In this document: positions 18,929-28,115 of the stretch, in pieces
Position numbering within the stretch: position 1 is the stretch's first letter
Layout of the letters: each line of letters starts with the position of its first letter
Assembly (NCBI GenBank): GCA_050251945.1
Contig: JBFWLW010000003.1
Location: forward strand, 96,001 to 160,000
Origin: Deferribacterales bacterium
Lineage (GTDB): Bacteria > Chrysiogenota > Deferribacteres > Deferribacterales > Geovibrionaceae
Direction: 5' to 3'
DNA length: 64,000 nt
Notes under the pieces: model-generated
Seen by the model: the letters and a program-made list of their open reading frames with translations, nothing else
Databases searched by the model: none
What the model was told of the DNA's origin: nothing
Translations under genes and position numbers: made by a program

Positions 18929-20708
18929 GTTTAAAAGATTGACACTGCCGGTAATCGGCAGATGGTTCATACTCGGTTCTGTTGTGGGTGTTGTGGCGGG
19001 TCTCGCCTCAATAGCTCTCTTTTTTATGATACAGATTTGCGAGTATTATTTTCTGGACGTCGCTGTTGGCTGGCCCGTTGGAGAAACATCCGGCGAACCT
19101 TCGCTTTTCGGTCACTCCGGAAAAGAATTCAACAGGTGGCTTCTGCTCATAGTTCCGGCGCTCGGCGGACTTGTCAGCGGAATCATCGTCTACCTCTTCG
19201 CACCAGAGGCGCAGGGTGCGGGTACAAACACAGCTATCGAAGCAATACACCAGAAGCGGGGCAACATCCGCTGGCAGGTTCCCATTGTCAAAATATTCAC
19301 CAGTGCAATAACAATAGGTACCGGCGGCTCAGGCGGCCGGGAAGGTCCTATATCACATATCGGCGCTGGTTTCGCGTCTTTCCTCAGCAATATGTTAAGC
19401 CTTACGGACAGAGAAAAAAGAATACTGACAGCGGCAGGCATGGGCGCAGGCGTGGGTGCGATATTCCGTTCACCCCTCGCAGGTGCGATCTTCGCCGCGG
19501 AAGTGCTTTATTCATCTTCCGATATGGAATATGAAGCTCTTCTGCCGTCCGCAATAACATCTATCATAGCATATTCTGTATTTTGCAGTGTTTTCGGCTG
19601 GGAACCTCTGTTCGCAGCTCACGATTTTACTTTCAGAAACCCCGCAGAGCTTATCGGCTACACTATTCTGGGCTTCACATGCGCACTTTTCGGCTGGTTC
19701 TTTGTAAAAGTGTACAAAAAATCCGCTGATTTCTTCAAAAAAATACCCGTAAAACCATATTTAAAGCCAATGATAGGCGGTTTCCTCACAGGCTGTATTG
19801 CCGTTGCAATTCCGCAGGTGCTTTCAGGCGGCTATGCGCAGATTGACCACGCGATGTCCAATAACCTCGGACTTCTCTTCCTTGTACTGTTCATATTCGC
19901 TAAGATATTCGCCACCTCTTTTACCATAGGTTCAGGCGGTTCGGCAGGTTCGTTCGGTCCGTCAATGGTAATCGGCGCGTGTGTCGGCGGCATGGTGGGC
20001 GTCAGCCTTAATGAGCTTTTTCCTTCAATTGCGCCCGAACCGGGAGCATTTGCCGTTGTTGGTATGGCAGGATTTTTCTGCGGTATTGCAAACACCCCCC
20101 TCTCATCAATTATTATGGTGAGTGAAATGACGGGGAACTATCATCTGCTGGTTCCTTCAATGTGGGTCACGACTCTTTCGTTCCTCCTGCTTCGCAAAAC
20201 CAACCTTTACTATAATCAGGTACCCCAAAGAAGCGACTCACCCGCGCATAAAGGCGAGTTCTTCCTTCAGGTTCTTCAGGATATCAAGGTCAGGAATATA
20301 ATGCGTCCCGACCCCATAACCATTCCTGAAACAATGAAATTCAGCGACGTGGTTCACTTTATCTCTAAAACAAAACACAACAACTTTCCTGTTCTTAGAG
20401 AGGACGGCACTTTCGTTGGCATACTTCTTTTCGAGGAGCTGCGCGAATTCGTTTTTGACGAAGGACTGGAAGAAATTGTTGTAGCGGGGGAAGTCTGCGA
20501 CAAAGACCTCCCGTATGTTTTTCCTGAAACAACCCTTGCAGATGCAATTGACAGCATAGGTTTCAAGAACGTGGAACTTCTGCCTGTTCTTGATCCGGCA
20601 GACAATCAGAAACTGCTGGGGATAATCACCCGCAGAGACATAATAACCACATACAACAAGATGATACGCCGCAGACAGATTGCAGAACGCGAGAAAGATG
20701 ACTTTTAA
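18915..20708 (+). CDS. ClC-family chloride channel/antiporter with CBS pair
   Basis: GGSGGREGP, FRSPLAG, GSFGP; C-terminal CBS domains (FPV, GIITRRDI). Confidence 0.93.
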   Translation: MKRFKFKRLTLPVIGRWFILGSVVGVVAGLASIALFFMIQICEYYFLDVAVGWPVGETSGEPSLFGHSGKEFNRWLLLIVPALGGLVSGIIVYLFAPEAQGAGTNTAIEAIHQKRGNIRWQVPIVKIFTSAITIGTGGSGGREGPISHIGAGFASFLSNMLSLTDREKRILTAAGMGAGVGAIFRSPLAGAIFAAEVLYSSSDMEYEALLPSAITSIIAYSVFCSVFGWEPLFAAHDFTFRNPAELIGYTILGFTCALFGWFFVKVYKKSADFFKKIPVKPYLKPMIGGFLTGCIAVAIPQVLSGGYAQIDHAMSNNLGLLFLVLFIFAKIFATSFTIGSGGSAGSFGPSMVIGACVGGMVGVSLNELFPSIAPEPGAFAVVGMAGFFCGIANTPLSSIIMVSEMTGNYHLLVPSMWVTTLSFLLLRKTNLYYNQVPQRSDSPAHKGEFFLQVLQDIKVRNIMRPDPITIPETMKFSDVVHFISKTKHNNFPVLREDGTFVGILLFEELREFVFDEGLEEIVVAGEVCDKDLPYVFPETTLADAIDSIGFKNVELLPVLDPADNQKLLGIITRRDIITTYNKMIRRRQIAEREKDDF

Positions 20709-20840
20709 GTATATATAAAATGACTTCCTGTCATTTCAGAGCATATATCGTAATAATCTGCGCATATTGAAAGATGAGACTGCTTCACCCTTGCAGGGTT
20801 CGCAGAGACGAGCGAGAAAGAAACGTCTTCGCGAGAAGCA

Positions 20841-20932
20841 CTAGCCGAAGGCTGAAAACATTTGCCTATTTTTGCAAATGTTTCTGTACCGAGCTTGCTG
20901 AAATGAGTCCACTTTAAACTATTTGTCGAATA
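20841..20932 (+). mobile_element. Mini-element A interrupted by element B
   Basis: 92 bp = 45 bp identical to 3746-3790 plus a 47-bp insert. Confidence 0.7.
20856..20902 (+). mobile_element. Mini-element B (47 bp)
   Basis: AAACATTTGCCTATTTTTGCAAATGTTTCTGTACCGAGCTTGCTGAA; 10-bp perfect stem AAACATTTGC/GCAAATGTTT. Confidence 0.68.
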
Positions 20933-21071
20933 AAGCGACGAAGCGATCTCGTAATTCTAATACGCAACTAACTATATAACATGCTCTATATCAACGACTC
21001 TTCCCTGGGGCTTTATAAGCATATATAAAATGACTTCCTGACAAACAAATAAAATTTTCACTTCTTTTTTC

Positions 21072-21098
21072 TAAAGTTATGTCTTAATATGACGATAC
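21072..21098 (+). promoter_or_regulatory. Sigma28 (FliA)-like promoter
   Basis: TAAAGTTA-N11-GACGATAC versus consensus TAAAGTTT-N11-GCCGATAA. Confidence 0.65.
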
Positions 21099-21151
21099 GA
21101 TAAATGCAAGGATGCGCAATTCCACACAGGGATGTTCCAACAGGTGCGTCC

Positions 21152-21400
21152 ATGTCAAGAGTTATAGGCGGTTCCGCCTCAAACGAAGCATACACGCGTA
21201 TGCTGGAAGAACAAAGACAGAAAAATACCGAAAAAATATATCAGGATTATCACCAGAGCGAACGCATACGTTCATACAACGATGATGCCACTTATCGTCA
21301 GGTGACGCGGACGGATTCCGTTGAAAGCCAGCAGCAGGACAGCTCGCGCAAAGAGAGGAGATTCGGAGAACCCGGGTACAATCTCGATGTATACGCATAG
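21152..21400 (+). CDS. Small hypothetical protein ending GYNLDVYA
   Basis: In-frame ATG at 21152 after AGGTG, downstream of the sigma28-like promoter. Confidence 0.65.
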   Translation: MSRVIGGSASNEAYTRMLEEQRQKNTEKIYQDYHQSERIRSYNDDATYRQVTRTDSVESQQQDSSRKERRFGEPGYNLDVYA

Positions 21401-21459
21401 CGGATATATAATATATTGTACATAGACCTGCCCTATGCTATCATTACGGCGGAGACACA

Positions 21460-22563
21460 ATGTACAGATATTTTCTGATATCCTTTATTTCAACTGCCAT
21501 TTTTCTGGCAGGATGCAGCAGAGAACCAGACAAAACAACTGTCGGTTTCATAAATACCCTTTCAGGCAGATATTCCGAAATGGGACAGGACTCTATGAAA
21601 GGTGTTATGCTGGCGCTCTCAGACTCCGGAATGGAGGACAAAATAAACCTTGATATTCAGGACGACTCCGGAACTCCCGCGGAGGGGGTCGCCGCTCTGT
21701 CGCGTCTTTCCGATAACGGCATAAAATATGTAATAGGTCCGGGACTCAGCAACGTTGCACAGGCAACAGTTCCACTTCTAAAAAGCCGCGGCATGTATAT
21801 GTTAAGCCCCACGGTCAGCACTTCCGAACTGGCAGGCAAACATGACAACTTCGTAAGAATAATCCCATACAACAGCAAAGAACAGTCACAGCGTATCACA
21901 GGATATATTGTCCGTAAGCTTAACGTCAAAAACACCGTAATACTGTACGACAACAGAAACAGCTCCTATTCCACGGACATAGTACGCAAGGTCACTTCGT
22001 CGTTCATGGAACAGGGATGCAACGTAAGAGACATACGCGCTTTCAATCCGGAATCAGGCGAAAGCATGCATCAGCTCATTGAAAAAGATAAACAGAATCC
22101 GCCCGACATGTACTATATAGTGGGATCACCGCTGGATACTGCGCTCATTATCTGGCAGATAAAAAAAGCAGGCTACAGCTCCAAAATTGCTATACGTGCA
22201 TGGGCGGCAGGCAACGAATTCATGAGATTCGGCGGCAGTGCCGTCGACGGCGCATACCTGTTCGACTACTATGTTGACAAGAAGTCCAAAGAATACATAG
22301 CCTTCCGTGAAAGATACACAGCGCGGTTCAATGAAGAACCTTCATGGATGAGTGTGAACGGATACGAAGCGGGGCAGATAATGTTCCGCTCGCTCAGCGA
22401 TGTCAAAAACGGCAAACCATTCTGTAAATCCATTATCGAAAATGCAAGGAAGGTACACCTTTTTAAAGGACTTACAATAAACGAATTCGGAGATGCACAG
22501 CTTCCGGTCAGCGCATTTATCATTAAAAACGGCAATGTTGAAAGGCTGGGGGGGACGGAATGA
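21460..22563 (+). CDS. LivJ/LivK-like periplasmic ligand-binding lipoprotein
   Basis: Lipobox FLAGC; GFINTLSG, DDSG.P, VIGPGLS, GYEA; overlaps the kinase start. Confidence 0.88.
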   Translation: MYRYFLISFISTAIFLAGCSREPDKTTVGFINTLSGRYSEMGQDSMKGVMLALSDSGMEDKINLDIQDDSGTPAEGVAALSRLSDNGIKYVIGPGLSNVAQATVPLLKSRGMYMLSPTVSTSELAGKHDNFVRIIPYNSKEQSQRITGYIVRKLNVKNTVILYDNRNSSYSTDIVRKVTSSFMEQGCNVRDIRAFNPESGESMHQLIEKDKQNPPDMYYIVGSPLDTALIIWQIKKAGYSSKIAIRAWAAGNEFMRFGGSAVDGAYLFDYYVDKKSKEYIAFRERYTARFNEEPSWMSVNGYEAGQIMFRSLSDVKNGKPFCKSIIENARKVHLFKGLTINEFGDAQLPVSAFIIKNGNVERLGGTE

Positions 22564-25241
22564 AAAGGAACCCGACGCTCAGCAGGATGTTTGTTGTATC
22601 ATTTTTGTTCTTCCTCATGCTTCCGCTTGCTGCCGTCGTCACCGTTTTCCTTGTAAACTCATACGACTCTCAGGACGAAAATGTCAAAAACAGACTCAAC
22701 ATCGTCGCATCATCTCTCAACGACAGAATAAACGATAGACTTGATAATCCGTACAGATTCCTTGAGTCGGTGGCGGAAATGGCAGGAAAATACGGTCAGA
22801 CCGACGAACATCTCGACACAATGCTCTCTTCAGGCATAAAAAGCTTTAAGATATTTGAAGCAATATACATTCTCGACAGCGAAGGAAAGATATCGCTGTT
22901 TGATTCATCTTATTACAAAAGTTACGACAGAAGCGATTTCATTGGCATCCCGCTGCCTGAGATATCCTACAAAACGAGTGTGGACAACAAATGGAGCCGT
23001 GCGGTCACATCGCCGCTGTCAAATAATACGGTAGTAAGGGCTGTGGTCGCTTTCGACAACGGTTATGTTGTGGGAGATATCAGCACGGAATTCATAAGCG
23101 ATCTGCTTGCGGAATCCGTACAGGACAACAGCACTCAGATAACCATAACCGCGGCAGACGGTCAGGTAATCGCCTCTTCAGTGAAAAATATGACGGGCAA
23201 CCTTTCAAAGCACCCGCTGATGTCACTTGCGGGCAGTTTTGAGCACACTATGCTCAATTATCATTTCGGAAAGGACGAGCGCGTCGGAACCATAAAAACG
23301 GTTCGCACACCGGGGTGGCTCCTGCTTTACGAACAGACAGCGTCCGCCGCATATATCTATTTCACTCAGATACTTCTGATGAACGTCGGTTCCGCCGCCG
23401 TTCTCATCGGCTTTTCAATATTCATTCTGTTCTTCATCCGCGCAAAAGTTATCGTCCCGATGCGTATGCTCACCGAGCGAAGCGAAATGATAGCGCAGGG
23501 AACGTTTTTGCAGTTCAGGGATTCGGAAAAAGGCGTATTCAAGGAGCTTAGAACCCTTTACGACAGCTTTGAAAAAATGATGATAACCATTAACAAACGG
23601 GAAAAGGAACTTAAAGACAAAGAAGAATATCTTCGTTCGGTCTTTGATTCCACAACGACTACAGGTATTCTCATCATATCCACCGACGCGGAACCTATAA
23701 TCATGGATGCGAACGTCGGAGCGCAGATAATATTCGGATATAAGCTTTCCGAAATGCTGGGTCTTCCTCCGGCGGGGCTCATAAAGGCTTTGGGTGACGA
23801 GCTTGCGGACATGTGCAGTGAGAGCCGCAGAACCGACGCAATGGTCACAAAACAGCTGGAGATGGTCAAAAAGAACGGAATGCTTTTCCCCGTTCTGTGT
23901 TCGGTCTATCCGCTGTTCGGATCCAACGGCAACATTATGGGCTTCATATGCGTCTGCATTGACATAACCGAGATAACCCGGGTGCAAAACGAGCTTGAAA
24001 GCGAAAAGGAACGCCTTGACGTTACATTGAGAAGTATCGGAGAAGGTGTCGTTGCGGCGGATAAATTCGGACGCATCACCCTTGTGAACAGCAGTGCCGA
24101 GAACATCCTCGGACAAAAATACAGATTCATTCTCGGACACAACATAAACGAAGTGATACAGGTGTATGACTATGAAACGGGAAAATCGCTCACCGAAAGG
24201 ATAACCGATCTTTCACCGAAGTCTAACCGCACATTCCGCGCCAACATGGTCACCAAAGACGCGGGAGTTATCACAGTATTCATAACCTCTTCCGCCATGA
24301 CAAACAACAAGGGCGATATAATAGGTTCGGTCTATGTTTTCAGAGACATCACCGACCGTATGAAGATGGAACAGGAACTGATAAACCGTAAAAAGATGCT
24401 TGAAGACATAAACAAAAGCCTCGAAAAACGGGTTCAGGTGGAAACGGAAAAACGCAGAAAGAATGAACAGATGCTCTTTGAGCAGGCAAAGTTCGCCGCC
24501 ATGGGGCAGATGATAAGCGCCATAGCACACCAGTGGCGGCAGCCTCTGAACGCTCTTGCGCTGTATGTGCAGGATATCGAGGATGCATACGAAACCGGCG
24601 AAGTCGACAGACCGTATCTTATGAATTTCTCTTCAAACGCCATGAGGCTTATAGACCACATGTCCGCAACCATAGACGATTTCCGCAACTTCTTCCACTC
24701 CGCAAACTCAACGGAAAGGGTGGACATTCCGTCTGTTATACTTGAATCCATGTCGCTGGTAACAACCCAGTTCAGAAGCCAGATGATAAACTATAAAGTG
24801 ATCATACGCGACAACGGGAAAGAACAGATATTCGAGAACAAACTGCCCGATGCCTATGAACCGATAAACGACATAAAGCTGACCATCTTCTCAAGCGAGC
24901 TTAAACAGGTTATGCTGAATATTTATCAGAACGCGCGTGACGCCATAATCGAACACAGAAAAAACACAGGTGAAAAGATAGGCAACATAGTCACCACTTT
25001 GACCTACAAATCGGACAGGCTTAAGATAGAGATAGAGAACGACGGCGGCAATATACCGGAGGAAACCCTCGGGCGCATATTCGACCCGTATTTCACAACA
25101 AAAGCGGAAGGCGAGGGAACCGGAATAGGTCTTTACATGTCTAAAATAATTATTGAAGACCATATGGACGGACTGCTCGTTGCACAAAATACCAAAAACG
25201 GAGCGCTCTTCTCCATTACGCTCACTTACGATAATAAATGA
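22560..25241 (+). CDS. Cache-HAMP-PAS-PAS sensor histidine kinase
   Basis: Two TM helices flanking a periplasmic domain, HAMP, PAS (TLRSIGEGV), AHQWRQPLN, G-boxes. Confidence 0.92.
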   Translation: MKRNPTLSRMFVVSFLFFLMLPLAAVVTVFLVNSYDSQDENVKNRLNIVASSLNDRINDRLDNPYRFLESVAEMAGKYGQTDEHLDTMLSSGIKSFKIFEAIYILDSEGKISLFDSSYYKSYDRSDFIGIPLPEISYKTSVDNKWSRAVTSPLSNNTVVRAVVAFDNGYVVGDISTEFISDLLAESVQDNSTQITITAADGQVIASSVKNMTGNLSKHPLMSLAGSFEHTMLNYHFGKDERVGTIKTVRTPGWLLLYEQTASAAYIYFTQILLMNVGSAAVLIGFSIFILFFIRAKVIVPMRMLTERSEMIAQGTFLQFRDSEKGVFKELRTLYDSFEKMMITINKREKELKDKEEYLRSVFDSTTTTGILIISTDAEPIIMDANVGAQIIFGYKLSEMLGLPPAGLIKALGDELADMCSESRRTDAMVTKQLEMVKKNGMLFPVLCSVYPLFGSNGNIMGFICVCIDITEITRVQNELESEKERLDVTLRSIGEGVVAADKFGRITLVNSSAENILGQKYRFILGHNINEVIQVYDYETGKSLTERITDLSPKSNRTFRANMVTKDAGVITVFITSSAMTNNKGDIIGSVYVFRDITDRMKMEQELINRKKMLEDINKSLEKRVQVETEKRRKNEQMLFEQAKFAAMGQMISAIAHQWRQPLNALALYVQDIEDAYETGEVDRPYLMNFSSNAMRLIDHMSATIDDFRNFFHSANSTERVDIPSVILESMSLVTTQFRSQMINYKVIIRDNGKEQIFENKLPDAYEPINDIKLTIFSSELKQVMLNIYQNARDAIIEHRKNTGEKIGNIVTTLTYKSDRLKIEIENDGGNIPEETLGRIFDPYFTTKAEGEGTGIGLYMSKIIIEDHMDGLLVAQNTKNGALFSITLTYDNK

Positions 25242-25308
25242 TTACCACCGCTTGTATTATAACAATAATTGTGATAACTTCATAACATACGGATAAGAAA
25301 GGCAGATT

Positions 25309-26547
25309 ATGGGACTGATATACATTGACGACTTAAAGCCGGGGATGAAGCTGGAACATGATCTCATATGTCCTAACGGTCGTTTTCTCCTCAGTTCCGG
25401 CTCCATACTGGAAGAAAAACACATACGGATAGCCCGCTCATGGGGCATTACCGAAGCTCACGTTGTCGGTCTGGACAGGGAAACCCTTAATCTGGAAGCT
25501 CAGGCGGGGTTCAGCGAAGAGACCATAACTTCGGTCGACGCCTATATGGAGCAGCTGTACAGGTTTGCAGATACAGCGGTTCCTGCCATGGGTGAAATAT
25601 ACAGAATAAACAAGCTGATCCTGTGCCGCCTTGTGGAGGCGAAAGGAGCGGAAGCCCTGCCGAAACCTCCGGCAATGGAAGAATCAAGACTGCCGAAAGG
25701 CTTTGTTAAAGGCTCTGTCACTGCCGATTCCATTGTGGAAAAAGAGGTCGGGCTGGCATCCTTTCCCGACGTTTACTACAAGATAAAAGACGTTCTTTCA
25801 AACCCGACCAGCTCCGCATCGCACATGGCGGATGTGGTTGAAAAAGATACAAGCCTCTCCGCAAAACTTCTTAAAATAGTCAACAGCGCATTCTACAGCT
25901 TTCCGTCACGCATAGACTCGATCCGACGCGCAATCACCATCATCGGTACAAAAGAACTCGGAACCCTCGCGGTCGGCATATCCGCCATTGAAGCATTCAA
26001 GGGCATCCCCATGGAATTCACCAATATGAGAAAATTCTGGCGGCACTCCATAGCATGCGGAGTTTTCGCAAGGCTCCTCGGGACGCACATCGACGAGGTT
26101 TCCACAGAACGCCTTTTCGTATCCGGACTTATGCACGACATCGGCAGACTGGTGATTTTCCGCACCCTGCCGGAAGAATCCGCTTACACTCTGTTTCTCT
26201 CTTACAAACTGCATAAACCGCTGGCAGACATCGAATATGAAGTGCTGGGGTTCGACCATGCAGACGTTGGCGGAGCGCTCCTTGAAAAATGGAAATTTCC
26301 GACCCAACTGGTGAAAAACGTCCGTTTCCACCACAGCGTCAAAAACATACATATCGAAGCATCAATAACCTCCGCCGCAGACTGCATGGCAATTGCCTTC
26401 GGCTCGCCGGTAACGAGTTCCTACATCGTGCCTTCCATATCGAAAGACGTATGGGATGCTCTTGGTATTTCAACATCTGTCATAACAAACGTTGTGACAC
26501 AATCCGAGCGCCAGATCGACGAGATCGAAGACGCTTTTTTCGGGTGA
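25309..26547 (+). CDS. HDOD-domain protein
   Basis: SAKLLKIVNSAFY, FWRHS, GLMHDIGRL, GFDHADVG, WKFP. Confidence 0.92.
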   Translation: MGLIYIDDLKPGMKLEHDLICPNGRFLLSSGSILEEKHIRIARSWGITEAHVVGLDRETLNLEAQAGFSEETITSVDAYMEQLYRFADTAVPAMGEIYRINKLILCRLVEAKGAEALPKPPAMEESRLPKGFVKGSVTADSIVEKEVGLASFPDVYYKIKDVLSNPTSSASHMADVVEKDTSLSAKLLKIVNSAFYSFPSRIDSIRRAITIIGTKELGTLAVGISAIEAFKGIPMEFTNMRKFWRHSIACGVFARLLGTHIDEVSTERLFVSGLMHDIGRLVIFRTLPEESAYTLFLSYKLHKPLADIEYEVLGFDHADVGGALLEKWKFPTQLVKNVRFHHSVKNIHIEASITSAADCMAIAFGSPVTSSYIVPSISKDVWDALGISTSVITNVVTQSERQIDEIEDAFFG

Positions 26548-26550
26548 CAT

Positions 26551-28101
26551 ATGACTGAAAAAGATCATATGGACTATATCGAAGCCAAAGCTGAATACCT
26601 GCAAAACGAAAAGAACACCACCATAAAGGTTCTTGAAGCCATATGTTCCGTCCGCAATCTTAACACCAGCCTGAACAAGCTGGACAATCACGAGATAATC
26701 CTTGAAAACGCATTTAACAAACTTCTGGCTCTTGTAAGGCTTAAAAACGGCGGATTCTTCCTTGTGGATGAGCATTCGAGCAACTTCACGCCTACGCGCT
26801 TCTTTCCCGAAGAGGATAAGGAACTGCTGCTTGCAGAAACAGATAAACTGATCATAGACGGCACTTTTGCCATGGCTGTGAAGTCGGGCAAGACCACTAT
26901 AATAAAAAGCAAAACACTGAACTCACATATTCTGCTTCACTCGGTTTCAACAATATCCCGTACACGTGGGCTTTTCATCGGGCAGCTTAACACTCCGAAA
27001 GAGGAGATACCCGACGCTGTTTTTTACCTTATCACCATCCTTATGAACGAAACAGCGCATCAGCTCGAAAGCTTTGAACTTTACAACAGAAACAAAGAGA
27101 CCAACAGGATGCTTTCCGAAAGCGTTAAAAAACTGGAAGGCTCCGAACAGCAGCTTAAAAATTTCAACGAAAAGCTTGAAGCGGAAGTATACAACCGCAC
27201 AAAAGAGCTTAAAGCGACCAACGATCTTCTTGAAAACGAGATCAGTGAGCGCAAAAAAATAGAAAAACTGCTTGTTCAGCAGAAAAAAGCGTTACAGGAA
27301 CTCAACGAAACCCTTGAGAACAGGGTGGTCATTGAAACCGAAAACCGCAGAAAGAGCGAACGCATACTCCACGAACAGAGTAAGCTGGCGGCAATGGGAC
27401 AGATGATGAAGGCTGTGTCCCACCAGTGGCGACAACCACTGAACGCCCTCGGCATGATAATTCAGGATATGGTCGACGAACACGACGAAAAGGGAATATC
27501 CGCCGAATATCTGCAGGACAGCGTGAACAAATGCCTCAAGCTGGTCATGCACATGTCCTCCACCATCGACGATTTCAGCGCACTTGTGCGCAGCGACACC
27601 GAAAAGGACAGCTTTAACCTTGCAACAGCCATTCAGGAGGTCATCTCACTCGTTGAGGTACAGTATAACAGACTGGGCATCTTCCTCGAATCGGAGATAT
27701 CCGGGGAATGCAGCGCATACGGAACACCTCCGCGCGTTTTTGTGCGCGGCGACAGCGGAATGTTTAAACAGATAATCATGAATCTGCTGGCAAACTCCAA
27801 AGATGCCATACTCCCCAGACTGGAAAGCGGCAGATCCGAAAAGGGACTTATAAGAATATCTCTCAAATGTGACGAACAGAGAGCCGTGGTCGATATTGAA
27901 GATAACGGCGGCGGCATCCCCGAAGATATAATAGACAGGGTTTTTGAACCCTATTTCACCACAAAAATACATGACAAAGGCACCGGAATCGGGCTTTACA
28001 TCTCCCGTCTGGTGATTCAGGAACACATGCAGGGGGAAATAACAGCCGGAAACAGCATGAACGGCGCAGTTCTCACTCTGCACATACCTCTCTCCTCCTG
28101 A
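26551..28101 (+). CDS. Cytoplasmic histidine kinase with GAF-like N-terminus
   Basis: SHQWRQPLN, NLLANSKDA, DNGGG, GTGIGL; no TM helix. Confidence 0.9.
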   Translation: MTEKDHMDYIEAKAEYLQNEKNTTIKVLEAICSVRNLNTSLNKLDNHEIILENAFNKLLALVRLKNGGFFLVDEHSSNFTPTRFFPEEDKELLLAETDKLIIDGTFAMAVKSGKTTIIKSKTLNSHILLHSVSTISRTRGLFIGQLNTPKEEIPDAVFYLITILMNETAHQLESFELYNRNKETNRMLSESVKKLEGSEQQLKNFNEKLEAEVYNRTKELKATNDLLENEISERKKIEKLLVQQKKALQELNETLENRVVIETENRRKSERILHEQSKLAAMGQMMKAVSHQWRQPLNALGMIIQDMVDEHDEKGISAEYLQDSVNKCLKLVMHMSSTIDDFSALVRSDTEKDSFNLATAIQEVISLVEVQYNRLGIFLESEISGECSAYGTPPRVFVRGDSGMFKQIIMNLLANSKDAILPRLESGRSEKGLIRISLKCDEQRAVVDIEDNGGGIPEDIIDRVFEPYFTTKIHDKGTGIGLYISRLVIQEHMQGEITAGNSMNGAVLTLHIPLSS

Positions 28102-28115
28102 AAAAGGAGTAACAT

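Larger units (their letters stand above)
20776..20950. repeat. REP/REPIN-like inverted pair (family 1) with nested A and B elements
   Basis: GAGACTGCTTC...CGCAGAGACG, spacer, CGTCTTCGCGAGAAGCA[A[B]]AAGCGACGAAGCGATCTC. Confidence 0.8.
20706..21043 (+). repeat. Direct repeats bracketing the REP composite
   Basis: ATATATAAAATGACTTCCTG exact at 20711-20730 and 21021-21040 (26/28 when extended). Confidence 0.8.

Noticed and set aside
20851..20902. GCTGAA on both sides of element B as a target-site duplication
   Set aside because: The other B copy carries this sequence as its own end (TTCAGC at 3527) without a matching flank, so it belongs to the element.
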